Source: Phycisphaerae bacterium (GTDB lineage: Bacteria; Planctomycetota; Phycisphaerae; JAJVII01). Taken from it: a stretch of DNA of 64,000 bases. The position numbers were made by a program, and so were the translations under genes. The stretch is taken from positions 67,182-131,181 of the forward strand of contig JAJVII010000014.1 of the NCBI GenBank assembly GCA_022072085.1, written 5' to 3'. Under the pieces are notes generated by a model, which had not been told where the DNA came from, did not search any database, and saw nothing but the letters and a program-made list of their open reading frames with translations. Each line of letters opens with the position of its first letter. Position 1 is the first letter of the stretch. This document shows, piece by piece, positions 18,023 through 28,000 of this stretch.

Positions 18023-18038
18023 GCGGAATCGATTCCGC
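18023..18038. promoter_or_regulatory. Perfect 16-bp palindrome, candidate operator upstream of the NHL-propeller gene
   Basis: gcggaatcgattccgc equals its own reverse complement. Located 58-73 bp upstream of the ATG at 17965 on the minus strand. Confidence 0.3.
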
Positions 18039-18161
18039 ACCAGCCGTCCATCATACCGGACAGGGCGGACGAGACCTAACAGTCGCTGTCACAATAGCTC
18101 GCAAGCCCGAACCGAAGTCCGGGCTTGCGGCAGATGAAGTCCTATCTTGTTCGTCGATGGG

Positions 18162-18992
18162 TCAGGACCTGCCGCGGCGGATGCCCGCACCGGCCATGGC
18201 CAGCCCGCCCATGATCAGCATGCCGAGGGTCGCCGGCTCGGGGATCGTCGTCGTTACGTTGGACACGACCAGGAAGTTGTCGAAATTGGCCGTGGCGGCC
18301 GATCCGTTGCCGACCACCAGGCCGACGTAGGCGCTGGTGTAGTTGCCGTTGGCGACGGGGTAGTAGTTGGCCGAGTCGTCAAAGTCGATGTAGAGCGTGT
18401 CGTCCAAATAGACCTTGATGTGCCCCAGCCCGTCGTCGGAGACCTTGAGGGCGTGGTTGTGCCCGCTCGCCAGGGAATTGTTGGCAAAGGTGCTGACTGT
18501 GGCCAGCGCGTCGTCGGTCGTGTTGCCATCGCCGCGGTATGCGCTGCTGAAGTCGTCGGCGTACAGCACGAGCTGGCAGGGGTCGCTGGAGATGCCGCCG
18601 GTCTTGAAGACCACCATGTAGCCATGGGCCGGGTTTGTCATGCTGGCGGAAGTCGTGTTGTCCTTCTGGCCGAATATGATACCCATCCCGTAACCGCCGG
18701 AGCCCAAGGTCAGGGGAATCAGGTCGACCGAAATGGTGACGTTCAGCGAAATCGTCGTGTTGTTGTAGAGCGTCTTGTTAAACTTGCCGGCGCCAGCCGA
18801 AGTGACCACCTTCAGCACGCCGTCGGCCTCGTAGATGTTCGTGTCGCCAGACTGAATTGTCCATCCGGGCGGCGGGCCGCCCGTCTGGGTTGCGTCGAAC
18901 GTGTCACTGAGGATGACATCTGCTCGCGATGAAGTCGCTCCCGCAAGAACCGTCAATCCTACGACCGCCAGCAACAAGCCTAGTCTAGTCAT
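18162..18992 (-). CDS. PEP-CTERM sorting-domain protein with N-terminal lectin-like/beta-sandwich region
   Basis: C-terminus IPEPATLGMLIMGGLAMAGAGIRRGRS (PEP motif, TM helix, basic tail). Signal peptide MTRLGLLLAVVGLTVLAGATSSRA from ATG at 18992 with GGAGGAG upstream. GC noticeably lower than neighbours. Confidence 0.85.
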   Translation of the reverse strand: MTRLGLLLAVVGLTVLAGATSSRADVILSDTFDATQTGGPPPGWTIQSGDTNIYEADGVLKVVTSAGAGKFNKTLYNNTTISLNVTISVDLIPLTLGSGGYGMGIIFGQKDNTTSASMTNPAHGYMVVFKTGGISSDPCQLVLYADDFSSAYRGDGNTTDDALATVSTFANNSLASGHNHALKVSDDGLGHIKVYLDDTLYIDFDDSANYYPVANGNYTSAYVGLVVGNGSAATANFDNFLVVSNVTTTIPEPATLGMLIMGGLAMAGAGIRRGRS

Positions 18993-19095
18993 GCCATCTC
19001 CTCCGGTAACGCCAACAAGACGTATGTCACATCCCACACGCCGAGGATGTATAGCAAACGGTGTACCACAGCTAATTAGAAATAGGAAACACGCG

Positions 19096-19134
19096 TGTAA
19101 GCGCATTTATATGAATGAGTTACAATCTTGTCGA
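19096..19134 (-). promoter_or_regulatory. Sigma-70-like promoter candidate for the PEP-CTERM gene
   Basis: On the minus strand: TCGACA (-35) - 17 nt - TATAAA (-10), within an AT-rich intergenic island about 100 nt upstream of the ATG at 18992. Confidence 0.3.
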
Positions 19135-19239
19135 CCGGGGCGGCCGGTCTTGGCGGATGGTGTGCGAGAACATCGAATTCGCCCCAACGGTTGGGACGGA
19201 ATCCGTAACCAATTTGCCTGGCAGCGTTTGCGATAGGGG

Positions 19240-20361
19240 CTATTTCGACATGGCGGGGGCGGCGATCGACCCGCGGTCCACGAAGTTGTGGCCCGTGAGG
19301 ATGACGGCCGGTTCGGGGCGCCGGAACGAATGCACCAGGACATCCACCGCCAGTTCGCCCAGTCGTTCGGGAGTCCCCTCGCTGTAACAGGTCAGACGAT
19401 GGGACACTTCGGGCAGGTCCGGCCGGTCGGCGCCGATGCTGATGACGCTGACCTGCTCCGGCACGTTCACGCCCAGCGCGTCGCAGGCGAGCAGCACCTC
19501 GCAGCCGAGTCCCTGGTCCATGGTCACGAACGCCGTTGGCCGATCACCCTCCGCGGCGCGCAACACCCGTGTGATGGCCGCCCGGGTCTTCGTCCGGTCA
19601 AAGGCTGTCTGCATGAACGTGGAGTCGGTCATCGGAACGGCGTGCCGCTCCATCGCCATCCGGAATCCGCGCAGCCGCTCGGTCACCACGGTCGTCGCCC
19701 CTTCGGGCGGCTCGATGCCGAGATAGCAGATGCGCCGGTGGCCGAGAAGGATCAACGCCTCGGTCGCCTTGTAGGCGGCGTTCTGCGTATCCCGCGCCAC
19801 GAGGTTGATCTTGATGCCCTGCGGGTACATGTCCACCGCCACGAACGGCACGCGCTGGGCCTGCCAGGCCTGAAGGATGGCCGGCGGCGGCAGCTCTTCG
19901 AGGAAGAACAGCCCCGCCTCGCCGGGCTGAAGGGGTGCGCACACCTCCGCAAGGGTGGACGGTTCAGCGAAGTCAGGCCAGTCGCGACGCACATCCATCC
20001 GGATGCCCAGCCGCTCGCAGCGGTAGCTCGCCCCCAGCAACAGCGACTGGCGGAATAGCGCGATCTTCCGCGGCTGATCGAACACCACGATCCGGCGGAG
20101 CCTGGAGGCCGGTCGCGGCATCACAACCAGTCCGCTCCGTCCCCGGTTGTTCAGCACGCCTTCCTTCGTCAGCATTTCAAGAGCCCGGCGGACCACCCGC
20201 TCGGAGACGTGGAAATACCTCCCCAGTTCGTCGCGCCCGGGAATGCGCGATCCGGGTATGTAGTCCCCAAACCGTCGGCGCAGGAGAATGGCGAACTGCT
20301 CAGCCGCGTCGTTCAGCCGCTCGCTCCGGTTTGTCTTCACCGCTGTTCCCCTTTCACGCAT
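19240..20361 (-). CDS. Transcriptional regulator, GntR-type N-terminal HTH fused to a periplasmic-binding-protein/LacI-type sugar-binding domain
   Basis: N-terminal winged-HTH-like segment (IPGRDELGRYFHVSERVVRRALEMLTKEGVL) followed by a ~300-aa domain typical of LacI/PBP-type effector domains. Sits within a carbohydrate-active gene cluster. Confidence 0.65.
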   Translation of the reverse strand: MRERGTAVKTNRSERLNDAAEQFAILLRRRFGDYIPGSRIPGRDELGRYFHVSERVVRRALEMLTKEGVLNNRGRSGLVVMPRPASRLRRIVVFDQPRKIALFRQSLLLGASYRCERLGIRMDVRRDWPDFAEPSTLAEVCAPLQPGEAGLFFLEELPPPAILQAWQAQRVPFVAVDMYPQGIKINLVARDTQNAAYKATEALILLGHRRICYLGIEPPEGATTVVTERLRGFRMAMERHAVPMTDSTFMQTAFDRTKTRAAITRVLRAAEGDRPTAFVTMDQGLGCEVLLACDALGVNVPEQVSVISIGADRPDLPEVSHRLTCYSEGTPERLGELAVDVLVHSFRRPEPAVILTGHNFVDRGSIAAPAMSK

Positions 20362-20425
20362 TATCCGGAGGAGAGTTCGCGAGCGGCTTTGGCCCGGGGG
20401 ACGCCACGGCCGGGCGCCGACCTTC

Positions 20426-22804
20426 TCACGGGAACGTCGTCAGCCCGCCCGCCAGCCGGATCGATCTCCCGTTGACCTCCAGCGTCCCGGACAGGGCCGC
20501 CGGCAGTTCCACGCTGCCGGTGAGTCGGCCGTCGCGCGACCGCACGTCCACCCCGATGCGGCCGGCCGGGTGCGGCATGCTCCCGCGGGCCCACGCGAGC
20601 GGGCCGAGCTGCGGCTGCACCCGGACCGACGCGAACCCCGGCGACGCCGGGCGGATGCCCAGGATCGTCGCCAGGTAGTGGAACGCCGGGTGCGCCGCCC
20701 ACGCGTGGCAGTCGCTGCGGCTGGGCTCGGGCGCCTCCAGCGTCGTGCGGCAGCCCAGGCGTCGCAGGTCGAACCAGAGGCCCATCCGCTCCATGAATCG
20801 GTCCATTCGGCCGAGCAGGCGGCAGGTCTCGAAGTAGTAGTGCGTGAAGTAAATCGTCGTCCGCGCCAGGTCGTCAGCCGCGAACAGTCCTTCCGCCAGC
20901 CGCCCGCGCATCGCCGCGTCGCCCACACCGCCCAGCAGGGCCAGGCATTGGGCGTGCTCGCTGAAATGCTCGTGCGCGACGTCGTCGGCCAGCAGGCCTC
21001 GGCCGGCGTCGTAGAACTGCGCCACCGTCGCCGCTGCGGTGCGGTCGGCCAGTCGCCGGCAGCGGGCCGCCAGTTCCGGCTCGCCGGCGATCTCCTCCAA
21101 CTCCGCCGCCAGCCGAAGCGCCAGCAAGTAATGGAGGTTGATCGGCCCGCTGATGCCGTCCTCGCCGCCGGGCGGGACGCCGGCCTTCCACGCCGGCACC
21201 CAGTCCATGTAGGCCCAGTTCGCCAGCCGCTCGATCAGGCCGTTGCCGTTGACCCAGCCTTCGAAGGCGTTGACGACCGCGCGGACGCCGGGCATCATCT
21301 CGGCCCGCGTCGCCGCGTCGTCCCGCCACAGGGCCCGGTCGTGGACCATCGCGATCCACCACAGCGAGAAGGGCGGGATCACCTGCCGCACGCGGCTGGG
21401 ATAGCGCGACTGCGTCAGCCCGCCCGTCACGCGCGAGCGGTCGAACATCACGGCGGCCTTTCGCGGGAGCCGGTCGTCGCCGGTCAGCGCCCAGGTCGCC
21501 AGCACCTCCAGCCGCGTGTCGCCGACGTACATCAACTGCTCGTAGTAGGGGCAGTCCATGTAGGTCTCGTGCGAGCACATCTGGAGCGCCCGGACCATGA
21601 TCGGCACGATCTCGGTCAGGCGGCCGTCGCTGCACTCGAACGTCGCGGCCGGCGTCAGCGGATGGTGCGTCTGGCGGATGCACAATTCGTCGATCGTCAG
21701 CGGCTCGCCGCCGGCCGACGCGACGATTTCGACGTAGCGCCCCGCTTCCCACCAGAGCGTCTCGAACCGCCGCCCGGGCCCGCCGTCGGGCTCGAACAGG
21801 TCGCCCGCGCCGCGGAAGAACTTGCCCTCGATCCGGTCGCGATGGCCCTTGTCCGGCCCCTCGGGGGCCTCGAACAGCGACTCGGCCCAGTGCAGGCGGA
21901 CGCTCGCCCCCGCGCCGCCGCTGGTGGTCAGCTCCGGGTAGGCGCAGTAGTAGTCGCCAAGATCGACGATCACCTGCCGCCGCTGGCCCGCAGCCAGCGT
22001 CACCGTCCCGCGGGCGGCCAGCATCGCGTTCCACGCCGCGGCTTCGTCGGCCAGGTGGTCGGCGGCCCGCACGGGCAGTTCGCCCGTCGCGTCGTCGGCG
22101 ACCGCCTGCACATGCCGCGCGACGCCGACGTGCAGCCGCTCGCTGAACATCTCGCCGAGCATCGCCGGCCGCAGCAGCCACGTCGCTGGCTGCTCGTTGG
22201 CGATCGAGGCGTTGACCGCGTCGGCCACCGCGGCCGCCGGCGCCCAGCCGTTGCCCTCGCCGCGCTCGAACCCCGAGGCGAATTCGCTGGCCCGGATGTG
22301 AACCTTCGCCCCGACGCCCCACGCCATCTTCGGAATCAGCCAGCGATAGCCGCCCAGCCGCCTGCACTCCCACGCCGCCAGGCCCGTGGACAAGCGGCCT
22401 TCCCACTCGCCCTCGGCCGACAGCAGGAACCCGTGCCGCACGGTCATCTGCGCGTAGGGCGCCGGGCCGGCCGGTCCCAGCCACCACGCCTGCGCCACCA
22501 GCACATGCCGCCCCGCCGAAAGCGCCAGGTCGTAGCTTTCGTAGAACCAGTTCTCCTGGTCGCCGCGTTCGGGCCCGGCGCCGATCGGCTGGCCGTCGAG
22601 GAACAGGCGATACCGCTCGTCAGCCGACACGTGCAGCCGCACGGTCGCCGCCTGCTCGGCCTCGAACGCCAGGCGATAGGCCCACACGCCCGGGTCGTCG
22701 GGCCGCCAGCCGGGGACGGCGATCCACCGCGCGGGCCACCGCCCGCGGGCCGACCATCGCTGGGTTGCGTCGTTGTAGTGCTCGGCTGACGCCTGGACGC
22801 GCAT
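20426..22804 (-). CDS. Glycoside hydrolase, GH78 (alpha-L-rhamnosidase)-like six-hairpin enzyme
   Basis: 792 aa. Motif MDCPYYEQLMYVGDTRLEVLA resembles the DCPxRE...GD signature of bacterial alpha-L-rhamnosidases. Later CHAWAAHPAFHYLATILGIRP segment. No signal peptide detected. Confidence 0.6.
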   Translation of the reverse strand: MRVQASAEHYNDATQRWSARGRWPARWIAVPGWRPDDPGVWAYRLAFEAEQAATVRLHVSADERYRLFLDGQPIGAGPERGDQENWFYESYDLALSAGRHVLVAQAWWLGPAGPAPYAQMTVRHGFLLSAEGEWEGRLSTGLAAWECRRLGGYRWLIPKMAWGVGAKVHIRASEFASGFERGEGNGWAPAAAVADAVNASIANEQPATWLLRPAMLGEMFSERLHVGVARHVQAVADDATGELPVRAADHLADEAAAWNAMLAARGTVTLAAGQRRQVIVDLGDYYCAYPELTTSGGAGASVRLHWAESLFEAPEGPDKGHRDRIEGKFFRGAGDLFEPDGGPGRRFETLWWEAGRYVEIVASAGGEPLTIDELCIRQTHHPLTPAATFECSDGRLTEIVPIMVRALQMCSHETYMDCPYYEQLMYVGDTRLEVLATWALTGDDRLPRKAAVMFDRSRVTGGLTQSRYPSRVRQVIPPFSLWWIAMVHDRALWRDDAATRAEMMPGVRAVVNAFEGWVNGNGLIERLANWAYMDWVPAWKAGVPPGGEDGISGPINLHYLLALRLAAELEEIAGEPELAARCRRLADRTAAATVAQFYDAGRGLLADDVAHEHFSEHAQCLALLGGVGDAAMRGRLAEGLFAADDLARTTIYFTHYYFETCRLLGRMDRFMERMGLWFDLRRLGCRTTLEAPEPSRSDCHAWAAHPAFHYLATILGIRPASPGFASVRVQPQLGPLAWARGSMPHPAGRIGVDVRSRDGRLTGSVELPAALSGTLEVNGRSIRLAGGLTTFP

Positions 22805-22866
22805 GGCGTTGCTCCCGACGGGTTGATGCAGAGGTTATCGGCCGCCGCGCCGCGGGCGTCAAGGGC

Positions 22867-25065
22867 TCAGCCGCCCGGGCCGCCGGTCGGCCGGTTCCAC
22901 AGTCCGAACAGCCGCACCGACGGCGGCAGGACGAGCATGTCGGCCAGCAGGGCGCAGACGATCGTCAGGCCGCTGAGCGTGCCGAACAGCGCGACCGGCC
23001 GAAACTCCGACATGGCCAGCACGCCGAACCCGGCCGCCGCGACCAGCGAGGTGAACACCGCCGCCCGGCCGAACGTGCCGAAGCTCAGCGCTGCCGCCTC
23101 GACCGGAGGCTGGCCGCCCAGCCGATAGGTCCGGTAGCGCGCCAGGAAGTGGATCGTGTTGTCGACGGCCAGGCCGATCGCAATGCTGGCGATCATCACG
23201 GTCGCCGGGTCCAGCGGCACGCCGATCAGCGCCATCATCGAGAAGGTTCCGACGATCGGCAGCAGGTTGGGCAACACCGAGGCCGCGAACGCCCGCACCG
23301 AGCGATAGAGCACGCCGATCAGCAGGAGCACCACCGCGGTCGCCAGCGGGAAACTCCGCAACTGCGTCGCGATCAGGGCGATCTCGGCGTCCTTCATCAA
23401 CGGGCCGATGCCCGTCACCTTCCATCGCATCGACGCCCCCAGCCGCCGCCCAGCCGACTCGCTGATCCGGTCGACGACCGGGTAGAAATCCGACGCCGCC
23501 ATCGCGTTGGTCAGCACCGAGAGGCGATAGTGCTGCCCGTCGGTGTCGCGCCTCGCCAGCCGGGCCTCCATGCCGTCCAGCAGTTTGGCCAACTCGGGCG
23601 TCATGCCCGCCCCGCCCAGCCAGCCGGAGAGCTTCACCTTCGCACGCATCTTCTCCAGCCGCCCGGCGTGGTCGATGCGCACGACGTGCGGGCAGTCGGC
23701 CAGGTCGGACTCGACGCGGTCCAGCGCCGCGAGCGTTGCCGCTGCGTCCTCCGGCGGGCAGCCGACGTCCAGTTCGACGGTGTAGAACCCGGTCAGCCGC
23801 TCGCCGATGAAGCGGTAGTCCTTGACGACGCGAGAATTCTTCGGGAAGTACGCCAGCACATTGGACTCGCCGCGCAGCCGCAGGGCCATGACCGTGCTGA
23901 ACGCCAGCACCGCCAAGGCCGCGATGGTCACCGGCCAGGGCCGCCGGGCGACGAACGCCGCCACCGGCGCGCTCCAATGCTGCCGCACGCGGCGGCGCTT
24001 CGACTTCGACGGGCGCACCTGCCCTAGCAGCCCGGGCACGATCAGCAGGTCGCACACACAGCCGATGCAGATCCCGATCGCCGCGAACAGTCCCGTCTCC
24101 TGCACCGGGCTCATGTGCGAGATCAGCAGCGAGCCGAACCCGACGGCCGTCGTGACGCTGGTCAGCGTCGCCGGCGCCAGCAGCGTGCGATAGGTGTGCC
24201 GCAGTGAACGCTCGCGGCCCATGCCCCGGCGCATCGACGCCTGGTATTCCAGTGCCAGGTGGATGCCGTTGGACAGGGCCATCACGAAAAGCAGCGTCGG
24301 CAGCGCCGCAGTGATCATGTTGATCGTCCGCCCGCTGAGCACCAGGATGCCCATCGTCCAGAGCACCGTCACCCCGACCGCCGCCATGACGACGGCCATC
24401 CCGCGGAAGCTGCGCAGGCAGAGCAGCAGCGTCCCGGCCGCCAGGGCGCCGGCGATCAACAGGAACTCCGTAAGTGCTGAGATGGCTGCCCGGTTCAGTC
24501 TGGCCGTCATGACCGGCAGGCCGGCCAGGTGATACTCCTGCTGTTTGCCGCAGACCTCGGCCAGCGCCGATTCGATCTGGCCGACCACGCGCTGCCGCCG
24601 CCCCGGGTCGGCGAACTTCGGCAGCCGCACCACCAGCCCGACCGCGTGCCCGCCGGGCCCCAGCAGGTAGCCGCGCAGGAACTCGTCGGTCCGCAGGGCC
24701 TCTCGCCCGGCGGGTCCCAGCTTGGCCGTCGCGATGATCCGCGGCACGGAGAGCACGTCGTCCACGCCGTCGATCGCCGCCAGCCGGTCGGCCAGCTTCT
24801 GCTGAAACACCAGCGCGTCAGCCGACAGCGGGTCTTCCATCGGCAGGCCGATGACGACGAACTCCTCGCTCCCGTAGCGGGCCAGGAACTGCCGGTATTG
24901 CGCGTAATCCTCGCCGGTTCGGTCGAGCCAGACTTCGATGGAGTTGTCGATGTGCGTGGACGGCAGCAGCAGGGCGGGGATGACGGCGCTGCACAGGCAG
25001 AGGATCGCCAGCAGCCGGCAGTGTCGCGACAGGAACTCAACCACGCGATTCATCGGCGCTGACAC
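22867..25065 (-). CDS. MMPL/RND-superfamily (SSD-containing) membrane exporter
   Basis: 732 aa with two 5-6 TM bundles separated by soluble domains (...AALPTLLFVMALSNGIHLALEY... and ...IASIAIGLAVDNTIHFLARY...), typical of MMPL/HpnN-type lipid exporters. Starts 22 bp after the PKS stop on the same strand. Confidence 0.75.
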   Translation of the reverse strand: MSAPMNRVVEFLSRHCRLLAILCLCSAVIPALLLPSTHIDNSIEVWLDRTGEDYAQYRQFLARYGSEEFVVIGLPMEDPLSADALVFQQKLADRLAAIDGVDDVLSVPRIIATAKLGPAGREALRTDEFLRGYLLGPGGHAVGLVVRLPKFADPGRRQRVVGQIESALAEVCGKQQEYHLAGLPVMTARLNRAAISALTEFLLIAGALAAGTLLLCLRSFRGMAVVMAAVGVTVLWTMGILVLSGRTINMITAALPTLLFVMALSNGIHLALEYQASMRRGMGRERSLRHTYRTLLAPATLTSVTTAVGFGSLLISHMSPVQETGLFAAIGICIGCVCDLLIVPGLLGQVRPSKSKRRRVRQHWSAPVAAFVARRPWPVTIAALAVLAFSTVMALRLRGESNVLAYFPKNSRVVKDYRFIGERLTGFYTVELDVGCPPEDAAATLAALDRVESDLADCPHVVRIDHAGRLEKMRAKVKLSGWLGGAGMTPELAKLLDGMEARLARRDTDGQHYRLSVLTNAMAASDFYPVVDRISESAGRRLGASMRWKVTGIGPLMKDAEIALIATQLRSFPLATAVVLLLIGVLYRSVRAFAASVLPNLLPIVGTFSMMALIGVPLDPATVMIASIAIGLAVDNTIHFLARYRTYRLGGQPPVEAAALSFGTFGRAAVFTSLVAAAGFGVLAMSEFRPVALFGTLSGLTIVCALLADMLVLPPSVRLFGLWNRPTGGPGG

Positions 25066-25087
25066 CTCATAGTGCGCGTTCTCGATT

Positions 25088-28000
25088 CTACCTCAGGCCG
25101 ACCGTTTCGAAAGCCGCCGTGATCCCCGCTGCCAGGGCCGTCACGTGCGGCGGGCGCAGCAGGGTGAAGTGCCCGCCCGGCAGCGTCGCGACGCGGACCG
25201 CAGCCGACGACGCGTCCGACCATTCGCCGTCGCGGTCGCCGCCGCCGCCGGCCAACGGGTCGGCCGCCCGCCACTGAAACACCGGGGCTGCCAGCCGGAT
25301 CACGCCGGGCGAGGCCGCCAGGTCGCCGTGATGCTCCAGCAGTTCCAGCCGCCGGCTCATCAGGTCGGCCGGCATGCCCGCCGGCAGCATCCTGCGGTCG
25401 GTGTACCACTGCACGAGCCTCGCGGCCCGCTCGGCCCGCGGGTGCGAACGCAACGACTCATCCAACTCAACGACCTCGCGCACCGCCTGCGCGGTCATGC
25501 TGTTGTCCGCACTTCCGGCGTTAAGCAGGTCGGCGATCGCGTCGGCCGAGTTGCGGGCGATACCCTCGCGCAGCGCCGCGCTGGGGCGGCTGGTGTCGAT
25601 CAGGCCGACGAAGCCTACCGCCCGCCCGCTCCGCTCCAGCGCCTGGGCCACCTTGATCGCGAAGACCCCGCCGATCGACCAGCCGGTCAGGCAGCAGGGG
25701 CTCGCCGGCTGCATCGCGCGGATGCGGGCGGCGTAGTCGTCGGCCAGCGCGTCCAGCGTCGCGTGCTCGATGTCCGTGCGGCCGCCGTCGGGCGCCCGGC
25801 AGTCGATGCCGTAGACCGTCCGCCCGGGCGTCAGGGCGTCGGCCAGGGCGCGGTAGACCGCCACCCCGCCGCCGCCGGCGTGGATGCAGAACAGCGGCGT
25901 CCGCTCGCCGTGGGACCGCAACGTCACGACGGCGGGCGAATCGGCTGCGGCCGGGGCGGCGGCGGACCGCTCGGTGGCTGCCGACTCCGGCGACAGTCGG
26001 CCCAGGATCAGCCGCGAGAGCTGTGACACGCTCGGCCCGCTCATCACCTCCATCGTCTGAAGGTGCACGCCCAGGCTGCTCTCGATCCAGTTGCCCAGCT
26101 CCACGGCCATCAGCGAGTCCAGCCCCAGGTCGGTCAGCGAGCGGTCGATGTCGAGCTGCTCGGCGGACTGGCCGAGCACGCCGGCGATCTGCGTCCGCAT
26201 CGCCGCCAGCAGCAGCGCGGGGCGATCGGCCTGGTCGGCCGCAAGTACCGCACGGCGGAGTTCTTCCGACTCGCCCGAGGTAGCCGGTCCGCTGTCGGAG
26301 TCGGCTGGGCAGACGAACTCGAACTTGGTCGCCCCGAGGCCCTTCTCGCGCATCCGGGCGCCGTATCTAGCCCAGTCCATGTTGCAGACGGTCAAGTGGG
26401 TCGCGTCGGCGGACATGCAGCGGCCCAGCGTGTCCAATGCCTGCGTCGGGGTGAAACCGGCCAGACCGAATGACTTGAACCGCTCGGCCACTTCCGGCGC
26501 CGCGGCGACTGTGCCGACCTCGGCGAGATAGCCCCAGTTGATCGACAGGCCGGGCAGTCCGCGGGCCCGGCGACGGGCGGCCAGCGAATCGAGCACCGCG
26601 TTGGCTGTGGTGTAGTTGGCCTGGCCGGCTGTCCCGACCACAGTCGAGATCGACGAGAAGAGCACGAAGTGGTCGAGCCGCCGGTCGGCCGTCATGCGGT
26701 GCAGCAGCATCGCACCGACGACCTTGGGGCGATAGACCTTGAGGAACGTCGCCTCGTCCAGGTCTGCCATCAGAGTGTCGTCGAGCACCATAGCCGCGTG
26801 GAACACGCCGCGCAGCGTCGCGCCCGGCGCCTCGGCCGCCGCCAGGGCGCGGGCCACGTCGTCGGGCTTTGTCACGTCGCCGAGGACCTCGACGACGGTT
26901 GCGCCGCGGGCGCGCATGGCCTCGATCTGATCGCGCGACCGCCGGTCCGGCGGGCCCTTGCGCCCCATCAGCACGACGTGCCGCGTGCCGCGCTCGACCA
27001 GCCAGCCGGCCAGCAGCAGCCCGAACCCGCCGAACCCGCCGGTGACCACGCAGGCGTCGCCCGGGGCCAACTGCGGGTGCGACTGCGATCCGACGACGGC
27101 GTTCAGCCGGTGGTCGCGCAGCGTCAGCACGAGCTTGCCGATGTGGCTGCCCCGGCTCAGGGTGGCCAGCGCTGCCGAGGCGGAGGCCATCGTCATCGGG
27201 CGATAGGGCAGCGGGCGGTAATCGCCGGCGGCGATGCGGTCGGCGACGGCGGCGTTGAGCCGGCGCACCAGGTCGGCCCGCGTCCGCATCGCCAAGTCCA
27301 GGTCGATCGAGAATACCGCGATGTTCTTGCGGAACGGGGCCAGGCCGATCGGCCGGTCGGCGTAGATGTCACGCTTGCCGATCTCGACGAATCGGCCGAA
27401 CGGGGCGAGCACCGCCAGCCCCTTGGCGATGGCTTCGCCCGCGAGGCTGTTGAGCACGACGTCGACGCCCGTGCCGCAGGTGGCGTCCATCACGTCGGCC
27501 GCCCAGCCGAGCGTGCGCGAGTCCAGCACGTGCCGCACGCCCAGGCGGCGGAGGAACTCACGCTTCTCCGGCGTGCCGGCGGTCGCGAGGACCTCCGCGC
27601 CTACGGAGCGGGCGATCTGCACCGCCGCCAGGCCGACGCCGCCGGCGGCCGAGTGAATCAGCACCTTCTCGCCGCGGCCGAGGCCGGCCTTGTCGATCAG
27701 CGCGTGATGGGCGGTCATGAAGGTGACCGGCATCGTTGCGGCGGCGACCATGGCGATGTCGTCGGGCGCGGGCATCAGGGCGTGCGCGGGCAGCAGGACG
27801 TGCGTTGCGAAGCAGCCCGGCCCAGCCGCCATGACGCGGTCGCCGACGCGCACGCCCGCGACCTGCGGGCCGACGCGGCGGACGACGCCCGCGCATTCGA
27901 TGCCCAGGCCCAGCTCGCCCGGCGCCAGGCCCGGGTAGATGCCCAGCACCTTCATCACGTCGGAGAAGTTGATGCCGGCGGCGTGGACCTCGACCTCGAC

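Noticed and set aside
18105-18132. Hairpin gcaagcccg...cgggcttgc downstream of the PEP-CTERM gene as a terminator
   Set aside because: 9-bp stem is clear, but the trailing sequence on the minus strand is only weakly U-rich. Not confident enough to call.
20288-24027. ORFs 20288-22789 (plus), 20874-22487 (minus, alternate frame) and 22765-24027 (plus)
   Set aside because: Overlap the GH78-like and MMPL genes, which have coherent domain and TM architecture. Arg-rich artefacts.
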